From positions 15,612-79,611 of IMG/VR virus record IMGVR_UViG_3300021171_000007: 64,000 nucleotides of DNA; one strand, 5' to 3'. The notes under the pieces were generated by a model. It did no database searches. It saw only the letters and a program-made list of their open reading frames with translations, and was not told where the DNA came from. This DNA is from a virus. How positions within the stretch are numbered: the first letter of the stretch is position 1; every line of letters begins with the position of its first letter. Position numbers and translations under genes: made by a program. Shown one piece after another: positions 47,248 to 55,150 of the stretch.

Positions 47248-48983
47248 TAAGAGTAATCACAGAAGCAAACTATTTGATGATTCACGGGCCGTTCCCGCTT
47301 GAGTTCTTAAGAATACTTTCACGTCTGTCTGGACCAAAAATACGCTATTCATCTAAATCCATTAGATATGATATGTCTAATTGGAATGTTAAGGTTCTCA
47401 AAGAGAGCGGATTTGAAATCGAATGGGAAGATTCTACTGAAGAATTAAAACAAATAGATGAAATTCAATCTATTAAAGAGATGATGGATGATATTAAACC
47501 TATCAAATTCAATTATCATCCGAAGTACGAGCTTAAAGATCATCAAATAGAAGGACTTAATCTCAGCACATATCGCAAAGCGTTTGCTTGGTTCTTAGAG
47601 ATGGGACTAGGCAAGACAGCCTTGGCTATTGCCAATTTCTGTATTCTATTTATGGAAAAGAAAATTGATGCTGTTCTTGTTTTGTCACCAAAAGGCGTGC
47701 ATAAACAATGGATAGCAGAAGAAATTCCAAAGCATATAGATCCATCTATTCCTTTAAATATGACTCTATGGAATCGTCATGGTAAAGGGAAAGGTGCTTA
47801 TGAATCTACTGATTTAAGACAGCAAGGTTTACTCAACATATTTTCTTTGAATATAGACTCAGTTAATACTAAGGATGGCTACTTTGCCATTACTCAATTT
47901 TTCCGTTTATTTGGTGCACAATTTGATGTACGATATACCAAGAAAGGAAATAGAATATATGAAAATATAAGGCGTAAAGCTAAGATAATGATGATTATTG
48001 ACGAGTCTCATCAAATAGGAAATTATACATCTGGTAGAACACAAGAAACTATAGATTTTGGCAAATTAGTTGAGTATCGTAGAATATTAACAGGAACTCC
48101 TATTGCCACTAGCCTACTTAATATTTGGTGTCAATTTATGTTTCTCGATCCTAAGATTATTGGATATAACTATGTGACTCCATTTAAAGCACATTTCTGT
48201 GAGCTTGGAGGATATTCTGGACAAGAGGTTGTTGGCAGCAAAAATGTTGAAGAGTTCTATAGTATCATTGCGCCACATTGCTTTAGAAAAACCAAAAAGG
48301 AATGTCTCGATCTTCCTGATAAGATTTACGCCAAACGAACTTATATGCTAGGCAATGAGACACGTTGGCATTATGAAAATATCAAACATGCATTTATGAC
48401 AGAATTGACATCAGGTAACATAGTCGCGCCCAAGAATGCTTTGGCCGCTCTGGTGCGCCTCCAGCAGATCTGCTCTGGATTCTTACCTGACGATGATGAG
48501 AATGAGACTGCAAGTAAGAGAGATTATGAAATCTTCTCTTACGAACGTGCCCAAATTGCTTTAGACATGGTAAAGCAAATCGAGGGGCAGGTCATAATCT
48601 GGGCGCGCTTCATCCCAGATATCAAATGTATTCAACATACATTTAAAAAGGATTTTGGTAAAGACATTGCATTAATGAGCGGAGTAGAACAATTTAAGAA
48701 TGGCAAACAAAAGATATTATTATCAAATCAAGCTAAGGGAATTGGAGGTAATCTGCAAGAGTCAGGTTGTACGTCTATGATATATTACAACAACTCATAT
48801 AATCTAATCCATAGATTGCAATCAGAAGATCGTGTCCATAGAATGGGTATGCGTGGTGCGCTAACTATTTGGGACATAGTTGCTGATAAGACAGTTGACA
48901 AAGGCATTGCTGAGAACTTAAAAGCCAAGAAAGATTTAGCACAATTCGCATTAGATGACATAAGGCAGTTAATTGAAGATTGA
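47244..48983 (+). CDS. SNF2-like SF2 helicase
   Basis: EMGLGKT, IIDESH, LTGTP and QSEDRVHRMG. Confidence 0.9.
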   Translation: MIRVITEANYLMIHGPFPLEFLRILSRLSGPKIRYSSKSIRYDMSNWNVKVLKESGFEIEWEDSTEELKQIDEIQSIKEMMDDIKPIKFNYHPKYELKDHQIEGLNLSTYRKAFAWFLEMGLGKTALAIANFCILFMEKKIDAVLVLSPKGVHKQWIAEEIPKHIDPSIPLNMTLWNRHGKGKGAYESTDLRQQGLLNIFSLNIDSVNTKDGYFAITQFFRLFGAQFDVRYTKKGNRIYENIRRKAKIMMIIDESHQIGNYTSGRTQETIDFGKLVEYRRILTGTPIATSLLNIWCQFMFLDPKIIGYNYVTPFKAHFCELGGYSGQEVVGSKNVEEFYSIIAPHCFRKTKKECLDLPDKIYAKRTYMLGNETRWHYENIKHAFMTELTSGNIVAPKNALAALVRLQQICSGFLPDDDENETASKRDYEIFSYERAQIALDMVKQIEGQVIIWARFIPDIKCIQHTFKKDFGKDIALMSGVEQFKNGKQKILLSNQAKGIGGNLQESGCTSMIYYNNSYNLIHRLQSEDRVHRMGMRGALTIWDIVADKTVDKGIAENLKAKKDLAQFALDDIRQLIED

Positions 48984-49035
48984 TAATTACATGCTTGATC
49001 AGCTAAATAAAAAGCAAGTTTATTTCTTTTTTCGC

Positions 49036-49064
49036 TTGCAATGCGAGCGGAAATGTGCTACTCT
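49036..49064 (+). promoter_or_regulatory. Sigma70-type promoter
   Basis: TTGCAA-17 nt (ending TGTGC)-TACTCT. Confidence 0.7.
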
Positions 49065-49104
49065 GTACCAGGCGCTAAATCCAGCGCCAGCAAGGAGAGC
49101 ACGT

Positions 49105-49929
49105 ATGTCAAAACATTACCAGGTGCGTTATACGGTTGGGGATAAGACTGTAGCGCATGAGCATTATACCGAGAAAGGCGCCAAGATTGATGCCAAGGCA
49201 CTTTCCAAAGCTGTCGGCAACGCCGTTATTGGCGAGATCGAAACCAACGACGAAGATCAATCGCAGGCGCTCGTGCGAGTTTGGGAGTTTTCTGGCGGAG
49301 AAAGCGGCAAACCCATCAAGAAGGATGGGGCGCCACCGTCTGCTGTTGAGATCCTCAAGACGGCAGATGAGACGAGGCTTCAGGAAACCGTGAAGGAGAA
49401 GAAGCCCAAGGCTCCGAAGATGACTGACGAGGAGAAGATCGCCAAAATCGCTGCTGAGGCGCAATCTCGGCTTGATGCAATCGCTGCTGGAACCTACGTT
49501 CTTCCCACTCGCGGTCGCAAGGCAGCCACCGACGAAACGGGCGAACCCAAGAAGAAGAAGGCAGAAGTCAATAAGGTCGATAAGATCGTGGAGACTTTGG
49601 GTTGCTCGGAACACGCGGCCGAAATTCTCAACGAAATTGGAACGACGGCGGTTTCCCGTCGCGCCAAGGTTGCAGCGTTCATTATCGACGGCAATGGACC
49701 TGTAGCTGCATCAGCTATCGTCGAGAAGCTCAACGCAGATCCTGACGAGGAAGACATCACGATCAAGAAGGTCGTGTCTGCTGCCAATTTCGATAACTAT
49801 CTCTTCTCCAAGCACGAGCAGCCTTGGAGGTTTACGATCAAGGCCAAGGGCGAGGATACGATCTTCAACTTCGTTCCGGTCAAGATCGAATACCAGGGCG
49901 AACCTGAAGAGCAGCAAGCTGCTGAGTAA
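49105..49929 (+). CDS. K/E/A-rich protein with host-like codons, possibly DNA-binding
   Basis: AAGGAG SD; own promoter and terminator; ends QQAAE. Confidence 0.75.
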   Translation: MSKHYQVRYTVGDKTVAHEHYTEKGAKIDAKALSKAVGNAVIGEIETNDEDQSQALVRVWEFSGGESGKPIKKDGAPPSAVEILKTADETRLQETVKEKKPKAPKMTDEEKIAKIAAEAQSRLDAIAAGTYVLPTRGRKAATDETGEPKKKKAEVNKVDKIVETLGCSEHAAEILNEIGTTAVSRRAKVAAFIIDGNGPVAASAIVEKLNADPDEEDITIKKVVSAANFDNYLFSKHEQPWRFTIKAKGEDTIFNFVPVKIEYQGEPEEQQAAE

Positions 49930-49935
49930 ATAAAT

Positions 49936-49965
49936 AGGGCGCTCTCAGGAGCGCCCTTTCTCTTT
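49936..49965 (+). terminator. Intrinsic terminator
   Basis: AGGGCGCTC-tcag-GAGCGCCCT-TTCTCTTT. Confidence 0.75.
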
Positions 49966-49979
49966 GTGGGTATCGCGAT

Positions 49980-50297
49980 ATGATGAAACATTCGGATCGA
50001 ATCATTGAAATGATAGATCAAGTTTCAGTGCCAAAGAAAAAAGTAAAGATTGGGTATTCTCCGCTAGAACAGAGAATTTTGGATAACATTCCAATAGACG
50101 GAAGATATATCAATACCCTAGAACTGGCGAATAGAGCTTACCCTGCTGGTGAGGCGCCACGAAACGCGCGTCAATCAGTTCTTCATGCTGCCAACTCTCT
50201 TATCGCCAAGAGCGATGAGAATGAAGAAGAATGGGAAATCTTTAAGTCAAATAGTAGCCCAGTTTACTTCTGGCGAAAACCACGAGGGTCGGAATAA
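49980..50297 (+). CDS. Possible winged-helix protein
   Basis: YSPLEQRILD...INTLELA. Confidence 0.5.
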   Translation: MMKHSDRIIEMIDQVSVPKKKVKIGYSPLEQRILDNIPIDGRYINTLELANRAYPAGEAPRNARQSVLHAANSLIAKSDENEEEWEIFKSNSSPVYFWRKPRGSE

Positions 50298-50355
50298 CAA
50301 TTACCTGAGAAGCTCTGTGGAAATCCGCGGTCGCCGGAGCCGAAGTGGCCTATTC

Positions 50356-50476
50356 TTTACGCCTATTTTACGCTTTATTTACGCCCTCTTTACGCTTCAA
50401 GGGGCTGTTAGCTATGCGTCTAGCCTCCGTTTTTTCTTTACGCATGTTATACATTTTGTCGTAAAAAAGCCGTAAA
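50356..50476. repeat. 11-bp-phased TTTACGC repeats
   Basis: Copies at 50356, 50367, 50378, 50389 and 50437; inverted CGTAAA at 50460 and 50471. Confidence 0.75.
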
Positions 50477-50496
50477 GATGGAGTACAATCAAAACC

Positions 50497-50679
50497 ATGC
50501 AAAGGACGATAAAGTGTCTTGAATGCGACAAGCCATTAAAAACTTGGCGTAAAGATCATAAGTTTTGTTCAACTAACTGTCGTGTTAAAAATTGGCAACA
50601 TAAAAAGCTAAATGATACAGATCAATTGGACTTGTTTAAACAGGAGGTAGCAAATGAAACAACCAAAGATAAGAACTGA
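50497..50679 (+). CDS. Treble-clef Zn finger with QLDLF motif
   Basis: CLEC...FCSTNC...DQLDLF. Confidence 0.65.
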   Translation: MQRTIKCLECDKPLKTWRKDHKFCSTNCRVKNWQHKKLNDTDQLDLFKQEVANETTKDKN

Positions 50680-50911
50680 AGCAATGCCACAAACTCGTGT
50701 TTGTTGGAATTGTTCTAAGCCAATTGCAATAGACTCGAACTATCAATTTTGTGGAACAATGTGTAAAATTAAATGGGAGGATAAACAGCCATTAGCAAAT
50801 AGAAAAGTATGTTTGAATTGCAGAGAAGAATTTTTTGAATCAAATCTTACTACCAATCTATGTAGCCGTAACTGCAAAATGGAATATTATAAAGCAACAA
50901 TGACTTGGTAG
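50654..50911 (+). CDS. Double treble-clef Zn-finger protein
   Basis: CWNC..FCGTMC and CLNC..LCSRNC. Confidence 0.6.
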   Translation: MKQPKIRTEAMPQTRVCWNCSKPIAIDSNYQFCGTMCKIKWEDKQPLANRKVCLNCREEFFESNLTTNLCSRNCKMEYYKATMTW

Positions 50912-51196
50912 CTAAATCTGATAATCAGGTTCATCAAAACTATCAGGTCCAACAATCTTAAAATCTAAAATCTGTAGCCAAGCCATAAATGTATCGGAGT
51001 TTGGAAGATGATGTTTATTCTCCCAACGATGTATTTCGTTTGTATGTACACCAATTAATATTGCCAATGTTTGTTGAGTCCAACCTTTACGAATACGCGC
51101 CGCTCTTAATTGATGAATTAATTGATCGCTATGTGATGGTTCGTGCCGAGAGTTGATTTCTATCATACGCTCGAACATTGGCAGTTTCCATGACAA
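50912..51196 (-). CDS. XRE-family HTH regulator
   Basis: LRAARIRKGWTQQTLAILIGVHTNEIHRWEN. Confidence 0.8.
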   Translation of the reverse strand: MSWKLPMFERMIEINSRHEPSHSDQLIHQLRAARIRKGWTQQTLAILIGVHTNEIHRWENKHHLPNSDTFMAWLQILDFKIVGPDSFDEPDYQI

Positions 51197-51386
51197 AAGG
51201 TCCCAGCAGATTGTTTCTAGGAATGTTCATTTTAATTCTATCGCTCATTCTGTATAATTTGACAGGTAATGCTTTAGGTTGGGAAGTTCTGTTTATACCA
51301 GGATCTGTGATTATGCTTAATGGACTTTATTTAATTTTCATTAAAGGCGAGTGATTTTCACATAAAATATTTGTACCTAAACCGTC

Positions 51387-51415
51387 TTGCTTTTGTTGCA
51401 TTGCGGTGCTAAGAT
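51387..51415 (+). promoter_or_regulatory. Sigma70-type promoter for PEP-CTERM gene
   Basis: TTGCTT-17 nt (ending TGC)-TAAGAT; overlaps the palindrome at 51411-32. Confidence 0.7.
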
Positions 51416-51511
51416 TAACTTTCCGTAATGTTTCATGAATAATTGGGAGTGCGTGTACAGCTCTCAGTTATGCGGCGTACAGTGCGTCCACCCAGATCTG
51501 GAGAGCAACAA

Positions 51512-52165
51512 ATGAAAGCTATGCTACTTGCTGGAGCAGCCATTCTTGGGCTTATCGCTCCGGCTTATGCCACGCTGCAAATCGAAGTGTTCGACAATGG
51601 GACGTTGATCGACAACATCACAGGCATTACAACTGGCGCCGCGTCGCTCACTACCAATGATGCGAACTTCGCCAATATCACGATCAACGCCCAGGGCGCT
51701 CCAATCCTGCCGAACGCCGATCTGTCAAGCGTCACTCTAGACGCCACAGCAGCGTTAGGCTTTACTGGCTCGCACACGTTGACGTTCGATGTTCTACAAA
51801 GTGCCATCAGCGGACTCGGCAACACGCTCTCAACCTTCACGGTCAACGGCCTTACCAACGATCCTGGCCCGACGACTGAGAGCACGTTCGCAGATGGTGC
51901 GCTGCTCGCCACGCACACGTTTCCAGTGGCGCTACTCGACGGGTCTTTTGGACCTGTCTCATCGGCAACAGGTCCGTTCACCTCGGATGAAGTTCAATTC
52001 GCTGTGGACTTCACTGCACCGCGCCAATCGTTCGGCGGGTCAGTCCAGTTGACGACCAATGTTCCTGAGCCTTCGACTTGGGCTATGCTTGTCGCCGGCT
52101 TTGGCCTTCTCGCGTTTCTGGGCGTGCGTCGGCAGCGCAAGGATCGGCTCAGCGTAGCGATCTGA
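51512..52165 (+). CDS. Secreted PEP-CTERM (PEPxxWA) exosortase-target protein
   Basis: Signal peptide MKAMLLAGAAILGLIAPAYA; C-terminal VPEPSTWAMLVAGFGLLAFLGVRRQRK. Confidence 0.9.
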   Translation: MKAMLLAGAAILGLIAPAYATLQIEVFDNGTLIDNITGITTGAASLTTNDANFANITINAQGAPILPNADLSSVTLDATAALGFTGSHTLTFDVLQSAISGLGNTLSTFTVNGLTNDPGPTTESTFADGALLATHTFPVALLDGSFGPVSSATGPFTSDEVQFAVDFTAPRQSFGGSVQLTTNVPEPSTWAMLVAGFGLLAFLGVRRQRKDRLSVAI

Positions 52166-52178
52166 GGCGCCACAAAGA

Positions 52179-52200
52179 GGTGGGGGCGAAAGCCCCCATC
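52179..52200. terminator. Hairpin between convergent genes
   Basis: GGTGGGGGC-gaaa-GCCCCCATC. Confidence 0.6.
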
Positions 52201-52452
52201 TTACATACTTGCCATAAATACTTTTATTGCTGCTAATACACCAACTATAAGACCTGCAAATTCCAATAATGTTCTAGCTAAATCTGTATTACTACAAACT
52301 GGTGGTATTTTTTCTACTTTTAAAATGAAAAATTGAACACATTCATATTCTGTGTAAAAACCCATTCCTAATATACCATATAATAAACCAAATACAGCAA
52401 TTACCGCTATAATGGTAACTATAGTGAATGTCTTTTTATCCTCATTACTCAC
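52201..52452 (-). CDS. Two-TM membrane protein (holin/antiholin candidate)
   Basis: Two hydrophobic helices around a Cys-containing loop; paralogous layout to 52449-52682. Confidence 0.5.
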   Translation of the reverse strand: MSNEDKKTFTIVTIIAVIAVFGLLYGILGMGFYTEYECVQFFILKVEKIPPVCSNTDLARTLLEFAGLIVGVLAAIKVFMASM

Positions 52453-52682
52453 TTCCCCAGCACCTTTGCTACACCATACACGCCGTATAACCCGATTGCC
52501 ATACCGCCTATTTCAAGTGCAGTTCTGAAGATATGTTCTGGTGCACAAAGATCAGTTGTAGCGAGGCCACTATGGGCTAGAGAAAAACATTGTGATACGG
52601 CATAGAAATCCATTAGGGCAAAGATAGTGAGAATAAAGATTGCGCCACAAAGAGCGATAACACTAATGAGAGTTTGGTTCAC
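52449..52682 (-). CDS. Two-TM membrane protein (holin candidate)
   Basis: Directly downstream of the endolysin. Confidence 0.5.
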   Translation of the reverse strand: MNQTLISVIALCGAIFILTIFALMDFYAVSQCFSLAHSGLATTDLCAPEHIFRTALEIGGMAIGLYGVYGVAKVLGK

Positions 52683-53359
52683 CCTTCTTTAACTGTTGCA
52701 GGATCAGGCATAGCTGGCGCTTCAGGAAGGCCAGGCAATTCTGCCTCAACTTCTACTGGAGTTTGGGCTTTAGGAATTTGTTTCAAAGCAGCTTTAAATT
52801 TCCAATAGTATCCTGCAATAAGATCCATCTTATCTGTGCCATTGACGATGCGGCGCGCGTTTCGTGGATCTTCAACAGTCGCATTAAAATATTTGGGTAG
52901 ACCTACGCCAGTAAACCAGCCATAGATCATACCGTCATAAGAGATAAGCGCAGATGTTTCATCATGCAACATCTTGTGCGCTTCAGAATAGATAGTTGTA
53001 TGGACACCATATCTGTCCTTAAGAAATTTCTCTCCATTCTTATAGTTCGTTTCCCAAGTCAACTGTACATGGCCGCGCCCATAATATTTTTGATTATGTG
53101 GACCGGTTGATTGACCATAGGATTTGCCATAACCTTTCCCATATTCTTCGATGGGAATCATAGTTTCAGCAGTCTCGTGAAAGAACGTGGCTAGAGCATA
53201 TGCTAACCATTTTGTTCCATCACGAGGATTTGGCTCTTCGAAGTGGCGCTCCCAGATACCCAATAAATACTCTTGACCATCAACTTGTTTTTGTGTCAAA
53301 GTACCGCGGAAGAGGTCTCTTCTGACAGTATCAAAATAGAACTTACGATCATACGGCAT
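52679..53359 (-). CDS. Endolysin, GH19-like
   Basis: YALATFFHET, YYGRGHVQLTWETNY and ARRIVNG. Confidence 0.85.
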   Translation of the reverse strand: MPYDRKFYFDTVRRDLFRGTLTQKQVDGQEYLLGIWERHFEEPNPRDGTKWLAYALATFFHETAETMIPIEEYGKGYGKSYGQSTGPHNQKYYGRGHVQLTWETNYKNGEKFLKDRYGVHTTIYSEAHKMLHDETSALISYDGMIYGWFTGVGLPKYFNATVEDPRNARRIVNGTDKMDLIAGYYWKFKAALKQIPKAQTPVEVEAELPGLPEAPAMPDPATVKEG

Positions 53360-53368
53360 TGCTATCTC

Positions 53369-53554
53369 CTAGAATGGGTGATATCCTGATAAGAGCATGA
53401 TAATAAGAACAATCAAAAGAATGCCAATTATGCCTATGCCTCCGTTGCCAAAGCCGTAGCCATAGCGAATTCCTGGATTAATATTTGGACCAGCAATACC
53501 TCCAAGAAGAACGATAACAAGAATAACGATAAGGATGATTCCTAGAGGGCTCAT
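53369..53554 (-). CDS. DUF3309-like small membrane protein
   Basis: LGIILIVILVIVLLGG...YGYG...GIIGILLIVLII. Confidence 0.7.
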   Translation of the reverse strand: MSPLGIILIVILVIVLLGGIAGPNINPGIRYGYGFGNGGIGIIGILLIVLIIMLLSGYHPF

Positions 53555-53555
53555 A

Positions 53556-54917
53556 TTATAACTCCGCTGCCAACATAAGAGGAACCGATGCACCCCATCC
53601 AAGACCTGCTGCTGTAACTGTAACTTGTAATCTTAATCCATCTGATGTTATTACATTAGTTACCAATGCTGTTGAATTAGAATAAGTTACAGTACCAAAA
53701 GTAACGGTTGGAGTTGCTCTCATCATAACAGGTAATAAATATTGACTAATGGCTGGGCCTCCAGCTGCACCATAACCAACTGCCATTATATTTATTGGCT
53801 GTTGATAATATCTTTGGCAATCTGCTAATCTCTTTGTTAATGAATCATAATTAAATGGTGTTGCTACAGAGCCGATTTCTAGCTTAACGCCGGTCACATA
53901 GAAGGTCGCGCCGTTGGTCGCGACGACACTCACTGCGCCAGTAGCGCCGACGAAAATACCATTTAGCCACGCTCCGGCAGCAGCGCGATAGGTTGATCCA
54001 GAACCAAGGTCAAAACGGAGATAGATCGAACCGCCGTTGCCGCTCATCACCCATGTTCCGGCGATGTCACCAGGGACGGTAATGACGATCTTCGTCCATG
54101 TGCTCGCAGTTGGGATCGAGAAGGTGAACGGGTAGCAACGAGTGCCAGCGTAATTGGCGACAGAGCCGCTAAACGTTCCGGTCAAACTCGAATAAACCCA
54201 AAACGACAGCGTTACTGGCTGCGCGTTTGGTGTTCCCCAAGCGAAGTCGCTAACCATGTCAGCTTCGATCGGTTGGAAAAGTTGAAAAATGTCACTAGCA
54301 GCCGAAACATAGGCTGACGTTGATGCAGCCCCTAAACAGTAGGGAAACCCAAGAGGTCCAGGTTGCCCACTTCCGCCGCCGTTTCGACCCAAAGTAAAAT
54401 GACCAGCTAAACTTGAATTATAAGCCCATCGATCCACGATGTATAAAAGCGACGCTGCCCCAGCGACATTCGCACCATTGTTGCGCTGGTCGATCCGCAT
54501 ATCTCCATTAATAATACGATTGCTATTTAATGGATAATTCTTAGGAATTATGTTTGGTGCTATATCAACATATTCTTTGGTTGCAGCGCCCAGAGCAACT
54601 GTTGGATCAGCTGCAAGAATAAGTGGACCTGTTAGAGTACCTCCAGAAAGAGGTAGATACAAACCACCGAAGCCTTGGTTTATTGCTGTTACCCATTGGG
54701 CTGAATTGCCATCATTATAATAGATGTATAATTGACCGCCAGTGCTATCCCACCAGAGCGATCCTATAATTGGATTAGTTGGCGGTGTAGCACTGATAAT
54801 AATATATTGGCCAGCAGCAACAGAATTTACATTCCATTTCTGTCCATCCCAAACCCAAGTTACACCAGCAGCCGTAAACGACTGACCTGTAGTTGGGTTT
54901 GCAGGAAAATCAATCAT
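53556..54917 (-). CDS. Tail fibre/receptor-binding protein, paralogue 1
   Basis: IDFPANP..WVWDG head; NRIINGDMRIDQRN...CQRYY...LAAEL. Confidence 0.75.
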   Translation of the reverse strand: MIDFPANPTTGQSFTAAGVTWVWDGQKWNVNSVAAGQYIIISATPPTNPIIGSLWWDSTGGQLYIYYNDGNSAQWVTAINQGFGGLYLPLSGGTLTGPLILAADPTVALGAATKEYVDIAPNIIPKNYPLNSNRIINGDMRIDQRNNGANVAGAASLLYIVDRWAYNSSLAGHFTLGRNGGGSGQPGPLGFPYCLGAASTSAYVSAASDIFQLFQPIEADMVSDFAWGTPNAQPVTLSFWVYSSLTGTFSGSVANYAGTRCYPFTFSIPTASTWTKIVITVPGDIAGTWVMSGNGGSIYLRFDLGSGSTYRAAAGAWLNGIFVGATGAVSVVATNGATFYVTGVKLEIGSVATPFNYDSLTKRLADCQRYYQQPINIMAVGYGAAGGPAISQYLLPVMMRATPTVTFGTVTYSNSTALVTNVITSDGLRLQVTVTAAGLGWGASVPLMLAAEL

Positions 54918-54926
54918 TTGTTAATC

Positions 54927-55148
54927 TCAAAATTTTGGAGCAGTTTTTTGCGTTTGTACTGGTTCTTCTTGCTGCACAGGTGGCGCCTCACAGCCTTTAG
55001 GCTGATTACCTTTGCCTATCCATTTCTTGTATTCTACATAGTCCATATTAGCATCATCAAACGGGATAAATGCGCCATCCTCGTCGCGTTGGATAATACT
55101 GTCGTGTGGTTGATTTTTCATATGGTCCCAAACTTGTGTATATGACAT
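54927..55148 (-). CDS. Small tail-fibre-associated protein
   Basis: DGAFIPFDDANMDYVEYKKW. Confidence 0.6.
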   Translation of the reverse strand: MSYTQVWDHMKNQPHDSIIQRDEDGAFIPFDDANMDYVEYKKWIGKGNQPKGCEAPPVQQEEPVQTQKTAPKF

Positions 55149-55150
55149 GT

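Noticed and set aside
47027-49750. Further CTGAYGAG hammerhead cores (also near 4507)
   Set aside because: Inside coding sequence with no matching GAAA or stems.
50149-50475. 108-aa ORF
   Set aside because: Overlaps 49980-50297 and runs through the TTTACGC repeats; no SD seen.
50912-51196. Lysogeny module
   Set aside because: An XRE HTH alone; no integrase or ParA recognised in the window, so lifestyle is undetermined.
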